A DNA stretch of 64,000 nt. Origin: Malacoraja senta (lineage: Eukaryota). Positions within the stretch are counted from its first letter, which is position 1, and each line of letters begins with the position of its first letter. The DNA lies in contig CM075990.1 of NCBI GenBank assembly GCA_038087875.1, positions 11,906,001 to 11,970,000 of the forward strand, written 5' to 3'. The notes under the pieces are model-generated. The model did no database searches and was not told the DNA's origin. It saw only the letters and a program-made list of their open reading frames with translations. Positions 1 through 13,046 of this stretch are shown here, one piece after another. Position numbers and translations under genes: made by a program.

Positions 1-1029
1 TTTGCTCTCCAAACCCTTCCTGTTTCCTATGTTTATTCCTCGCTAGTAAAACAGCAACTGTGACAATGGAAAGAAAGCTGGTGTGTAGTGAAGCTATTCT
101 GGGCTTTACGTGTTGTGGGCTGGACACTGTCGGCTTGCCACATCACTGGGTTCTTCTCTCTGACGTCTGTGTTCGATCGAAACATGACAGGGGCTCCACC
201 ATAAATCAAAGACTGGCCCTGTTGGTTGCAGGCCGCACCCTCGAGGTGCAAATCCATGCCTTTATGGAGCTATGGCCCAATGGGTTGCAGACCAGTCTCC
301 AAGCTTAAAGCTCTGGGCACAAGGCTCTCAATGCAAAAGTTCAGGCTGAAGTGTGATCTGCAAGGATGCTGTGCCGTCAGAGATATTGATCTGCAAATCG
401 GTCTGCTTCTTGGAAGGTGCATTACATTGATGGTGGTAGTGATGTGATGATTTTTTATTGATATGTTCTAGAGTGCATGAGTTCCAAGATGTGGTGTAAT
501 ATCAGAATCATAATGTATTAGCCAAGTATGTTTCCAAACGTAGGAGGAATTTGGTTTGCCATGCAGTCATACCAAAAAATATTGAACAGATTTCACATGT
601 TAATTGCGGGAGGAAGACTATTCAATTGCATGTGCATCGTTGCAGAGTATCTGAGTGAAACTTTGCAAGGCTTGATTGTAAGAAGTTTTTGATTCCCCAA
701 GTCTGGCCAAAAGACTGTGCATTTACACCATCTATTCTCTTCGTGATCTTATATATCCACCGCAATAAGATCACCCCGCACCAGAGCGTCTCTGTGGAGT
801 CGCTCTCAAAGTTGTAAAGAGTGCAGAGTGTTATGTGGTCATTAGTTTGTTCAGTATTGCCTTCAGCATATTCTGCCTAACCCAATGGCTACGACAGACA
901 CACATTCTTTAGTGTAGGAAAGAGCTGCAGATGCTGGTTTAAATCGAAGATAGACACAAAATGCTGAAGTAACTCAGCGGGGCAGGCAGCATCTCTGGGG
1001 TCGAGACCCTTCATCAGACGGATTTGTTT

Positions 1030-1345
1030 TTTAGTTTAGAGATACAGCGCGGAAACAGGCCCCTCGGCCCACCGGGTCCGCGCCGACCAGCGATCCCTGC
1101 ATATTAACGCTATCCTACACACACTCGGGACAATTATTGTTTAACATTTACCAAGCCAATTAACCCACATACATGTACGTCTTTGGAGCGTGGGAGGAAA
1201 CCGAAGATCTTGGAGAAAACCCACGCAGGTCACGGGGAGAACGCACAAACTCCATACAAACAGCACCCGTAGTCGGGATCGAACCCGGATCTCCAGCGCT
1301 GCAAGCGCTGTAAGGCAGCAACTCTACCGCTGTGCCAGCATGCCA
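1030..1345 (-). mobile_element. tRNA-derived SINE (HE1/V-SINE-like)
   Basis: A-box (tggcacagcggtag) and B-box (gggttcgatcc) head, central gtttcctcccacactccaaagacgtac core, CR1-like gggccgaagggcctgtttcc tail ending in (ctaaa)n. Confidence 0.85.
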
Positions 1346-4300
1346 CCTTTGTCACCTACATACCAAACTAATTTTGATTGAAAGAAGATTAATTTACAGT
1401 ACGTAGCATCCTTCATGTCCAAAAGCAGCTCACAGCCACTGAAGTATTTCGGAATTGCGGTTATAATCAAGGAAACTTAATTTCCATATAGTGAATGCCC
1501 ACAAAGAGGAATTTAATGATAATCATATGTTTTTTTGTAATGTTGATTGAGGATTGAGGACATGAGGAATTACTCTTCTTCAAAATAGACCTATGGGATC
1601 TTCAATACTTGGGAAGGCAAGTGGGACCAATATTCCATCCATATTTCATGCGTTATTCCGATAAAGCATCGTAAAAGCAGAATCTTCAACGGTGCAACTC
1701 TTGTACACAAAATCCTTGGCAAAGAGATGAGCTTTAAAAGTGTCCTATAAATGGAGGGAAGCATTGAGAGAGGTGGAGTGGAGTGGAACCCAGGTCTCTG
1801 GCGCTGTGGAAGGAATGGCAGGGAACTGGTAATTTCCTGGCTTGGGAACTTGGCCGCTTGGCACTGCCACTAGTGCTGTTATAATCAAACCTCTCTCAGG
1901 AGACTGGAGCAGAGGTGTGGGGCAGTGGGGGAGGATAAAGACAGACGGAAAACTCCACTGGGGGGTTTGAAAACAACGAGCCAAATTGTAAAAGGACAAC
2001 CAACTTATCCAGGATGAGACATGGGACAGTTTAGACTTTAGAGACACAGCGTACAAACAGGCTCTTCGGCCCACTGAGTCCACGCTGTCCAGCGATCCCC
2101 CCTACACTAACACTATCCTACACACTGGGGACAATCTTATAATTTACTGAAGCCAATTAAGCTACAAATCTTTGGAGTAAGGGAGGAAACTGGAGCACCT
2201 AGAGAAAACCCATATGGTCTTTGGGTGAGCATACAAACTCCGTAAAGACAGCACCCGTAGTCGGAGTGGAACCCAGGGCTCTGGCGCTGTTAGGCAGCAT
2301 CTCTACCGCTGCGCCACCGTGCTGCCCCTGTTTGGTGCAAGTCAGGATTAAGTCTGGAGTTTCAGGTGATCTTGTTATCTGAGAGGAGAGAGGGGAATGT
2401 CAACCTGAGGTGCTGCAATAGAGAGAATTTATGTATTCTCTGCTCTCACACTCTGATTCTGCTCTTGATCAGAATTGGAGACCCCTGGTCCAGACTCTGG
2501 TGACCTATCAGTAGAGCTAAGTCTGAAGAAGGGTCTCGACCCGAGACGTCACCCAGAGTCAGAAGAAGTGTCTCGACACGAAACGTCACCCATTCCTTCT
2601 CTCCAGAGATGCTGCCTGCCCCGCCGAGATACTCCAGCTTTTTTGTGTCTACCTTGGAGCTAAGCTGACGGCCCCTTTGAAAAATGATTGCAGACAACAC
2701 ACTTTGCCGGGCAGCATGCCAAAGGATCGGCGGGCTATTTCTGCCCCAGTGCTGGTAAAGCTTTTTAGACATTCACTGACAGAAGAGTTGGAGTGATTGC
2801 ACACCAGAGATTTGTAGCCACTCATTAAATTGAACCTTTGACATATGCAGGAGGCTTTAGAAAGCAGGTTGGTCCATAAGTGCTAATGTGGGAACGCAGT
2901 CTTGCTTAACATAGCCTTGAATCGTTGCTACCTCAATTAGCAAGTAGCTATTTAGACGTCAGGGAATTAAGTTTTCAAAGTGGTTCTCTGAATGGCTTTC
3001 AATATTTGTGATTGTCAGTGTCTCAATGCATAGGTCCCACTGTGGATTTTTTAATTTAAAATTGAAGAGACGTGTGATAATTTACCCATCACTTCACCAT
3101 GTAGTGGGAGAGTCTAGGAATAGAGGGCATGGCCTCAGAATTAAAGGATGTTCTTTTAGGAAAGAGATGAGGAAGGATGTTCTTTAGTCAGAGGGTGGTG
3201 GATCTGTGGAATTCTTTGCCACAGAAGGCTGTGGAGGGCAAGTCAATGGATACTTTTAAGGCCGAGATAGATAGATTCTTGATTAGTACGGGTGTTGGGG
3301 GTTTTGGGGAGAAGGCAGGAGAATGGGGTTCGGAGGGAGAGATAGATCAGCCCTGATTGAATGGTGGTAGACTTGATGGGCCGAATGGCCTAATTCTGCT
3401 CCTATCACTTATGACCTTACGACCATGTTCCTTGTCATGTTCTCACCTTGGAGATAACCCATTATCTCTGCTCCCAGTATGACCCTGCTTCCCAATCTGC
3501 CTTATCCTTCTTCTCTGTTCTTGCCCCTTTCTCCTTTTTTAGGTTTGTCTATAACTGTCATGTGTACTAAGGTACCATGCAACGCTTTATTTTGCATGCT
3601 ATCCAGACAGATTAGACATACCATATCATCAAACTCGCGTACAATAGATAGAGCAATGGGGAAGATACTGAGTGCAGAATATAGTTCTCAATATTGCAGC
3701 GCGCCAGTTCCATATTCAAAGATCAATGTCCACTATGCACTGCCTCACCCGCTGAGTTTCTCCAGCATTTTTGTCCACCTTTGATTTTTCCAGCATCTGC
3801 AGTTCTTTCGTAAAGGATAGTTTGAGCATCACCAAAGAGGTAGATAGTTGCTACCTGGAGATAGGTAGATGTGAAGCAAAAATATTAACATTTTTGGTGT
3901 TATGAAAAGTAAAGTTGAAGTTCAAATGAAGACTGACATGGTTAATCAGTCCCATCTACAGACTGATAAGTTTTTGCGTCAGGTTGTGAATATTAAAGAG
4001 CTGTTGATAAATTATGCATTTGCACAGGAAACCATTAGATTCAAAAGCAGCAGGGCTGATTCTTTAAGTGGCCAATTGAGAAGATTTTAATTTAGCAGTG
4101 GATGGTAAGCATTGGATGCTGGCAGACGCTTGCACAAGGTACAAATGTCGGCCTTCTCCATTTCAAAAGGCATCAAGGAGAAAAACGCTGAGAAAGATCA
4201 CATTTGGCTGTGGATGAAACCTTAATGACGGGGGCTGTGTAACTTGTGGAAGGAAGGCTTGCATTTGTATCACGCCCTTCTCAACTTCAGGATGTCTACA

Positions 4301-4572
4301 AAGTGCGTTGTTGCCAATGAAGTAACTCTGAAAGACACGAGGGACTGCAGATGTTGGAATCTTGAGTAACACACAAGATGCTGGAGTAACTTGGCAGTAA
4401 GCTCCTGATGAGTCATGCGGGGTAGCAGCTTCTGCTGGGCCGCAGGTCTGGTTTACTCGTCGTCTGGAGTGGGTCTGAGCCTCGTCTCCTGCTCACCTCG
4501 AAGACCGGGTATCGAAGAGGAACGGCTGGTGAGAGAGAGGCGCACGAGGTGAGAAGGTCTCTCCGTGACTCC

Positions 4573-5133
4573 ACCCAAGGACCCAAACAGTCTTTCCAGA
4601 TGAGGCACAGGTTCACTTCCACCTCCTCCAACCTCATCTACTGTATCCGCTGTCCCTGAGAAGTGTCAACTTCTCTACATCGGCGATTCCAAGCGCAGGC
4701 TCGGCGATCGTTTCGCTGAACTCCTCCGCTCAGTCCGTCTAAACCTACCTGATCTCCCGGTTGCTCAGCATTTCAACTCCCCCTCCCATTCCCAGTCTGG
4801 CCTTTCTGTCCTGGGCCTCCTCCATTGTCAGAGTGAGGCCCAGCGCAAATTGGAGGAACAGCACCTCATATTTCGCTTGGGTAGTTTACACCCCAGCGGT
4901 ATGAACATTGACTTCTCTAACTTCAGATAGCCCTTGCTTTCTCTCTCTCTCTCCATCCCCTCCCCCTTCCCAGTTCTCCCACTCGTCTTACTGTCTCCGA
5001 CTACATTCTATCGTTGTCCCGCCCCCTCCCCTGGCATCGGTCTGAAGAAGGGTCTCGACCCGAAACGTCACGCATTCCAGCTCTCCAGAGATGCTGCCTC
5101 ACCCGTTGAGTTACTCCAGAATTTTGTGTCTAC
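4573..5133 (+). mobile_element. Penelope-like element 3' fragment: degenerate GIY-YIG endonuclease plus terminal repeat with hammerhead core
   Basis: Translates ..FTSTSSNLIYCIRCP/KCQLLYIGDSKRRLGDRFAE..VAQHFNSPSH..RKLEEQHLIFRLGSLHPSGMNIDFSNFR* with a frameshift/stop near 4657. Followed by CTGAAGA-A-GGGT-CTCG-ACCC-GAAACGTC at 5042-5069. Confidence 0.85.
5042..5069 (+). ncRNA. Minimal hammerhead-ribozyme-like core (representative of many copies)
   Basis: CUGAAGA, an extra A, helix II GGGU/ACCC with a CUCG loop, GAAA, palindromic ACGU helix III and a GUC triplet. Helix I is only 2-3 bp. Minimal hammerheads are an established feature of PLE termini. Confidence 0.6.
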
Positions 5134-5934
5134 ACTATATGGTGGAAATATTAAATAGGCAACGAAGTATTTGCTGCTGATATATTCATTGACCTGAAAC
5201 ATTTACTGCTGTTTAGGATTGATGTTTACTACTAAATTAGGCCCAGAATCTCTAGTCAACACCAAAGCAACAATGTTTAAGAAGGAACTGCAGATGCTGG
5301 AAAATCGAAGGTAGATAAAAATACTGGAGAAACTCAGCGGGTGAGGCAGCATCTATGGAGCGAAGGAATAGATGCTGCCTTTGCTCCATAGATGCTGCCT
5401 CACCCGCTGAGTTTCTCCAGCATTTTTGTCTGCCAAAGCAAAAATACCTGCTGTCCACTAATGAACTTCCCAAAGTATCCACCAGCCTCTACAGCAGGGG
5501 TTCCCATCTCCTGATGCCTGCACTTATTGGTGGTCAGGCATCCGATAACAGGAGCATCATCAATCTTGCTAATTACGTTTAAAATCCGCAGACAAGAAAT
5601 TAAGAATCAAATAGCACAGTGGTACAGCAGTAGAGTTGCTGCCTCACGGCGTCGGAGAGACCCTGGTTCGATCCTGCCTACAGGCTCTGTCTGTATGAAG
5701 TTTATACATATTCCCTGTGACTGCGTAGGTTTTCTCCCAGGGCTCTGGTTTCCTCCCACATCCCAAAGACGTGCAGGTTTGTGGGTTAATTGGCTTCTGT
5801 AAATTGCCCCCCAGTGTGCAGGATAGAAGTAGATAGAAGGGCCTATTCCACGCTGTATCTTTAAAACTAAACTGCAGATTTTCAATACAATTGTAAACAA
5901 TTTTCAAACCAATTTAAAAAAATTGCGATTATAT

Positions 5935-6120
5935 AGATAATAATAATAATAATTACTTTTATTCACGGGCGCCTTCTACCGAGGTCTCAAGGACACCTTA
6001 CAGAGATTGACAAATAAGAAACATATAATCAGAATAAAATAAATTATAAAGACCAATACACGAATTAAGGACAGAATTCATTCCAAAGACACAAAAAAGA
6101 AAATCAGAAACACAATTTGA
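5935..6120 (-). mobile_element. L2-type 3' UTR and tail
   Basis: The reverse complement ends tgtaaggtgtccttgagacc..gaaggcgccc..aataaaagtaa(tta)n. Confidence 0.55.
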
Positions 6121-8643
6121 GGATGTGGTTAAGATAACATAAGAAATGGAACTGAACATTTTTTCATCAAGGGCAATAAGTCATATAAGGGAATTATAAG
6201 AAGGTAGATAAAAATGTTGGAGAAACTCAGCGGGTGAGGCAGCATCTATGGAGCGAAGGAATAGGTGACGTTTCGGGTCGAGACCCTTCTCCAGACAGTT
6301 ATAAGGAATTACAAGGCACAGATACGAACTTTTTTTTTTAATGGTTCCATGATTTACTAACAAACACACCATTCAGAATTAACAAGATGCGGCTTTCTAA
6401 ACGTAAGATCTTCAGGGTGTTTTACACCGGAACTAGTTAATAAGTACCTTGAGTCCTTGTATGTTAAACTTCTTTCAGTCAAGGGAATTGCACTGAAATA
6501 ATGGGTGTAAACATGGACATTTTTTGGATTAAAAGGCACATCTTGAAATCCCCAAATTGTTGTCGGTTACATTGGGCAGTGACTGCAAATAGTTGTGGCA
6601 CTGGCAAAATCTAAATTGGATATTTTCAAGGCACGGCTGGTGGCTGTTGTTTTCGGTCATTGACCTTTCATTAAAACATGGATTGCTGAGGAGAAGAAAT
6701 AGAATGGAACCTGAAGAGGTTGAATAACACGAGTGATGCTCGCTGAGAGTGGGTGGTGAACGCTTGTTAATCACAGCTCATGTGTCTGGAGATGATGCAA
6801 AATGAGGATGGAAGAAAAAAACCAAGAGGATTGTGAAAAAGAAGGGAAATGATTCAGCGTTGTAAACTGTAAATACAGAAGCAAACTGCTGACAAATTGA
6901 ATTAAAAAAAGAATATTAGAAATTCTCAGCAGGCTGGACAACAACTGTGGAACAGAGTTAAAAAACAGTTTATCTAAGGTATCTGAAGTGCTTGTGTTTT
7001 GTGATACTTGTACTGAACTATATACAAAAAATAATGTCACTGCATTGGTAGATGTGACAATCAAATACCATTGTGACCATTAATATGTCAGTTTGATGAA
7101 GGTCATAAGGTCATAACTAATAGGAGCAGAATTAGTCCATTCGGCCCATCAAGTCTTCTAGGCCATTCAATCAAGTCTGATCTATCTCTCCCTCCTCACC
7201 CCATTCACCTGCCTACTCCCCATAACCCCTGACACCCGTACTAATCAAGAATCTATCAATCGCTGCTTTAAAAATATCCATTGACTTGGCCTCCACTTTG
7301 TGCAATTTTTGTTCATTAAAGTGCTCTCGTACCAAACTGCTAACGCACTCTCTCTCTCCCAACCCTGATGGGTTCCATGTGCTTTGAACATGCCCCGACA
7401 TAGCACTGTTTTTTGGTAGCGGTACATAACACACCTTGGTCTCCACTGTAGGAAGGCATTATTATCTTTCTGTAATGATCCAGAACCAGGGGCCACAGTC
7501 TTAGAATAAAGGGGAGGCCATTTAAGACTGAGGTGAGAAAAAACATTTTCACCCAGACAGTTGTGAATTTGTGGAATTCCCTGCCACAGAGGGCAGTGGA
7601 GGCCAAGTCACTGGATTGGTTAAGAGCTTTTAGATAGAGCTCTAGGGGCTAGTGGAATCAAGGGATATGGGGGGAAGGCAGGCACGGGTTATTGATTGGG
7701 GACGATCAGCCATGATCACAACGAATGGCCTCCTCCTGCACCTGTTTTCTATGTTTCTTTGATCAGCTGCCTGGAGAAAGGGAAGAGTGGATGGAAAAAT
7801 GTTGTGAGATTTTTAAATGCAATATTTATAGAAATATGTAAAAGGGTGTAGATTGCCGCCCGCGTTATTTCTACCTGTCCACAAACTTGGGGGGGGGGGG
7901 GGGGGGAAGCAATGATGTGCAAGGATGACACATTAAATGCAAGATTTTTATAAAAGCAGGAAGGACAATATTGTTGTCACAACACAGAGATGGTTTAAAG
8001 TACAGCTTTAGTGACACCAGTCGACATCACTTACTGTAAGAACCTCTAAGACTAAATTAATCCGGTTGTCAGGCTCCACATTATAAAGCGTCTTGTCACT
8101 GCTGTCAAGACTTGAGGTTTCTTTTCAAGGGGAAAGCATGGTGGGCCACAGGGGCTGCACGTAAGCTGCCAGAGCTTGAGTTCTGAGCACCATCATCCCC
8201 TGGCGAGCTGCAATTACTGGCGCAGACACACGTTGACATCAGAATGTGAAATGAGTCTTATAAAGGAAAAATGTTAAAGTACCACGTTCTGCCTTTCGAA
8301 CACATTTGGCAAAATAACAGGAAAGGTTGATTTTTGCAGGAATGGAAATAAAATTGTGAAATTGCTGGTGGAATTATCACGAGCTTCTTCAACTGATGAA
8401 ATGCTTGTTCTGAAGAGAAAATAACATCTCTGTACCCAGTCTGAAGAAGAGTCTCGACCCGAAACGTCGCCCATTCCTTCCCTCCAGAGATGCTGCCTGT
8501 CCCGCTGAGTTACTCCAGCTTTGTTGTGCCCATTTCTGTAGCAGCAACAGGGATAATCAAGGACATTCTCACTGCAAGTCCACTCCCTTCACTAAGACTT
8601 GTTCCTTTAAAAAAAAAACATGTTCTCAGGTGATGCGGGTCAA

Positions 8644-8958
8644 GGGGCTGTCCTACTGTACGAGCTAATTTAAGAGTTCTCCCGAGTTTCCCCTGATTCG
8701 AACTCGGAGAATTACGGTAATGGCCGCTCGTCGGTACTCGGGGCTCTCGTGGACATTTTTCAACATGTTGAAAAATCTTCACGAGTCTTCCCGAGCTTAC
8801 CGCGTTTCCCGAGTACCTGCCGTTAGCGTTACGAGCCGCTAAGAGACGTCCCGAGCTCCGACGTAGCCGCTACGTACATTCTACGTGCTTACCACGAGTT
8901 AGATTTTTTTTTAAACTCGGGAGAGCTCTTGAATTACCTCGTACAGTGGGACAGCCCC
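8644..8958. mobile_element. MITE (PIF/Harbinger-like)
   Basis: Imperfect TIRs of about 50 bp (ggggctgtcctactgtacgag.. / ..ctcgtacagtgggacagcccc), flanks caa/taa, no coding capacity. Confidence 0.75.
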
Positions 8959-9357
8959 TAAAGATCTGTTTCTCTGGTCGGTAAATTAATTTTAATTTTA
9001 AGATAAGTCTATGAGTTCTAGGAGCAGAATTAGGCCATTCGGCCCACCAAGTTGACTCTGCCATTCAATCATGGCTGATCTATCTCTCCCTCTCAACCCC
9101 TTTCCTGCCTTTTCCCCATAACCCCTGACCCCACAGATGGATCTGTTACTGCACCCACTCCCATCAAAGGCACTGAAACGTCCTCGATTTAAGAGAGATC
9201 TTCAGGGACATGCAGTGTAACCTGCCCGAAGGCTCGTCGGTAGGCAAACAGGGAGGGGGACTTGATGGGGCGAATGGCCTAATTCTGCATCTATCACTTA
9301 TGAACTTGGGTCAGAAAATTAAGATGTTTGATGCACTGAGCACTTCCAGCATTCCTA

Positions 9358-9858
9358 TTGTGGGCTGAAGACCGCCGACGGGAATCGAGGACCTGTGGCT
9401 ACGGGCGTGATTTCAAACACCGCGGGGCCTGGGATCTCTCGCCGGGCTCCGACCAGCGCGGCCCGTGGACTTCGGGAGCAGCGGTCTCCGGGGAGGAAGC
9501 GGCCGTTCCAGATATTCCAATGCCGCTGAAGAGTGTTCTCCCAACGCCGGAACCCCATCATCCGGCGAGAGAGCCTATGACATCGGGCCGCCATTGTGGT
9601 GACTGCGGAGGCCTCAAATAGGCCCCGACCTCAGGTGAACTAAGAGGAGGAGGACTGGACTTTTTAGTGCCTTCCCTCACAGTGGAAAGTGTTGATTCGG
9701 CTGTGGGGGTACGTTCATGTTAAATTCTATAGTGTGTTGTGGTTTCTTTTCTTATTTTATATGGATGTATGGTAATCTGATTTCTTCTCTGTAAAGCACA
9801 TTGGCTTCAACGTGATTTGATTTAAAAGTGCTATATAAATAAAAATTACTTACTTACT
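9358..9858 (+). mobile_element. Unclassified non-coding retroelement, copy A (L2-like tail)
   Basis: GC-rich body, then a block shared with 33764-34515 and 49477-50047, then tgtaaagcacattgg..aaaagtgctatataaataaa and (tact)n. Confidence 0.55.
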
Positions 9859-10939
9859 CGCATCCTAACATCTGCAGTTCAACTTGGTGCCTGTTGGATT
9901 CTGTGTGGGGTTTGCCATCATTTCTGGTGTCCTACAAGTGCAGTCAGCCATTAACCCACACTTGCATCCTCATCAATGGCAAAGGTCTTGAATTTCTTCA
10001 ATGTACCATGTTTTGAATCCTTACCCCAATCCTTACCCTAAATCTAAGACCTCTTGTGTTATCTGCTTCCGATCTGGAAGAAACATCCTGCAAACCCCTC
10101 ATCATTTTATACACTTCAATCGTGTCCCCTCTTCACCTCCTCCATTCAGGGATATCTTGTTGAAAGGACGTGCATGTCCCTTTGAAGGTAGACAAAAATG
10201 CTGGAGAAACTCAGCGGGTTAGACAGCATCTGTGGAGCGAAGGAACGGGTGTCGTTTCGGGTCAAGACCCTTCTTATGCATGTCCCTTTGAGTGATTTGA
10301 AACTCTCTTCTCTCTTCCTGCATCCTCTTATCTCCTCTATGGCACCCATGGTGTGTGTATCCGTTTACCGTGACTGGAGTGCCGTCAAAGGTCAAAGTGC
10401 TGGAGGAACCCAACGGGTCAGACAATGACTGTGGAGGAAACGGACAGATGATGTTTCAAACGGAAGATAGACACAAAATGCTGGAGTAACTCGGCGGGTC
10501 AGGCAGCATCTCTGGAGAAAAGGAATGGCTGACGTTTCAGGTCGAGACCCAGATGATGTTTGGAGTCGGGGAACCTTCTTCAAACTGCATTGGTGAAGAA
10601 GGGTCCCAACCTGTCCATTCCCTCCACAGATATTGCCTGACCCGTTGAGTTCCTCCAGCACTTTGCGTTTTGCTCAAGATTTCATGTCTCTGGAGTTCCT
10701 TCCGACTTTAAAGATGATGCCTTTTTCTGGTAATCCATGGCAGAATATCAGGAGATAGATTCACACACCATGGAAACAGGTCTTTGGCCGACCACCTTGT
10801 CTCTGACCATTTACAACTTCCATTTTATTCTTTCCACATTCACAACAATCCCAGCCAAGCGCACACGCTTCATTAATGCCTCTATGCTTTAACTCCTTTA
10901 TCAGTGGGCAGAATGGTCTAGTTGTCAATGACTCCCTGG

Positions 10940-11359
10940 AGTATTCACTGGAGTTTAGAAGGATGAGGGGGCATCTTATAGAAACATATAAAATTATAAA
11001 AGGACTTGACAAGCTAGATGCAGGAAAAATGTTCCCAATGTTGGGCGAGTCCAGAACCAGGGGCCACAGTCTTAGAATAAAGAGGAGGCCATTTAAGGCT
11101 GAGGTGAGAAAAAACCTTTTTCACCCAGAGAGTTGTGAATTTGTGGAATTCCCTGCCACAGAGGGCAGTGGAGGCCAAGTCACTGGATGGATTTAAGAGA
11201 GAGTTAGATAGAGCTCTAGGGGCTAGTGGAGTCAAGGGATTATGGGGAGAAGGCAGGCACGGGTTATTGATTGGGGACGATCAGCCATGACCACAATGAA
11301 TGGCGGTGCTGGCTCGAAGGGCTGAATGGCCCCCTCCTGCACCTATTTTCTATGTTTCT
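10940..11359 (+). mobile_element. CR1-clade LINE 3' fragment
   Basis: Encodes YSLEFRRMRGHLIETYKIIKGLD..SRTRGHSLRI, with 3' UTR and tttctatgtttct tail. Similar pieces lie at about 3100-3425, 7480-7757, 29650-30130, 32874-33160(-), 47210-47690, 48825-49255(-), 56410-56770 and 59074-59440(-). Confidence 0.9.
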
Positions 11360-12224
11360 AGGACTTCAAGAAAATTGCAGCAGCATTGAAGTTAAATTTG
11401 AGCTCTCGGTGTCTATCCTTACAAAGAAATGGAATCAAACTCTAAGGGAAAGGTTTCTTTATCCATGCACGACAAAAGATGTGGTCTCGAGCAGTAATGT
11501 AGAACAATACCTGCAGTTTCCCAGCAGGTAAGCGAAGAAATTCAGCCAAAAGCGATCCTTTGGTCTTGAAACTGTCGGCTCATCTAGAACTGTCACTGGG
11601 AAAAGTTAACACTGAAAACGAAAATTGACTGTGTGAAGGGAGAAAGCTTTCATTCCTTCTGACTTAAGTGGTCCTTTCTTCTTGCGAGTGCAGACGTCTT
11701 CGTGTGTTCTGCAGAATGGCAATTTATCTCCACGCTTTCTGGCAGTCCGAGCAACTTCTCTGTCTCCCTTTCTGCCGACTAAAAGGCTCTTGTTCCACTT
11801 CAGCAGAAGGAGCCTGCCTCGTTAAGTGTGCGCTCTTTGCAACCGACCGTGTTCTCCCTCGCGCAGCCACTCACTAACAGAACGCTTTCAGTCATTATTA
11901 ATACGGCTGGGTGTCTCCGAGTGAGACTGACCACTAATCAGGCTGATCGCTTCCACCGTCAGGGCAGAGTTGAAACTCCATCACCATTTTCTAATTATGA
12001 AACCCGTGTTTCGTGCAGACATGGAACCCACTCAAGTGGCGTTCAATTCATTATTTCTTCAAGTCTGATAATATGGATTGAAATGTCAAAGCAAAGCCTA
12101 AAAGTTCAGAGAGAAAAATATTTGGCTTCCTGAAATATTATCTCTGGGAAAATAATCATTTCTAGAAAAAAAAATGACTAGTAAAATCTTCATGTTTCTA
12201 CCCATAAGGTCACAGTAAAGTACT

Positions 12225-12452
12225 CCCCCCCACCCCTCTCTCTCACACACTTTCTCTCTCTCTCTCTCTCTCTTGCATTCTCACTTTTTTCTTGCTTTCT
12301 CGTTCTTCCTTTCTCTTACTCTTGACTCTTTCTCTTTCCCATTCCCTCCCACATTCACTTTTTTTCTCTCTCCATTAGCTCTCTGCTTCCTTTCACTCTA
12401 TCTCTCTCTTTTTGCACTTGTCTCTATTTCTCTTCTCTCGTGCTCTCTTTCT
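12225..12452. repeat. CT-rich low-complexity tract
   Basis: (CT)n and polypyrimidine run. Confidence 0.85.
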
Positions 12453-12518
12453 GATTCTACTTCCGTAGTCGAGCTTTTAATCACCTGCTCGGATTTCTCC
12501 GAAGGCTTAGAGACTTAA

Positions 12519-13004
12519 GGGCCTGTCCCACGGGCAGGCGATTCCAGGCGGCAAGCCCAACCTAGCATGAAGCGGAGGCTGCGCGGGGGCCGCGGGGTCG
12601 GTCCCACGTAGATCGCCGGAGCCGTATGTAGTTGGTCCCGACACCGCGCAGGGCTCAGAAAAACTGACACTGTCCAAAAATCCCGTGTGGCAACGGCCTG
12701 CCACCCCGCTGCCGCCTCGACGCAGCGCGCACCGCCTGGACGCCGCGCACCGTCTCGACAGAGTAGGCTAGCCCGTAGCGTTGCGCGATGACGTCATCAC
12801 CCGACGCGGCGCTCGCCGCATGCATTCTCATGCTCGTGGGACAGGCCGTACGGTAATCACTCGGCCTCCGCGCAGCAACCGCTTCCGGTTAGGCTGCGCT
12901 TGCCGCATGCTCGTGGGACAGGCCGAACGGTGGCACCCGCGCGGCCCCCGCTTCCGGGGAAGTCGCGCTTGCCGCCTGGAATCGCCTGCCCATGGGACAG
13001 GCCC
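12519..13004. mobile_element. CpG-rich MITE (PIF/Harbinger-like)
   Basis: 38-bp TIR with one mismatch (gggcctgtcccaYgggcaggcgattccaggcggcaagc); flanks taa/tta. Confidence 0.8.
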
Positions 13005-13046
13005 TTATGTTTGGTAAAAAACGTGGCTGTGCTGCATTGCAGAACA

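Noticed and set aside
1..480. Small ORFs at the window start as exons of a neighbouring gene (UNC5B and CDH23 flank SLC29A3 in human)
   Set aside because: No frame I translated resembled a known protein, and I found no exons of those genes anywhere in the window.
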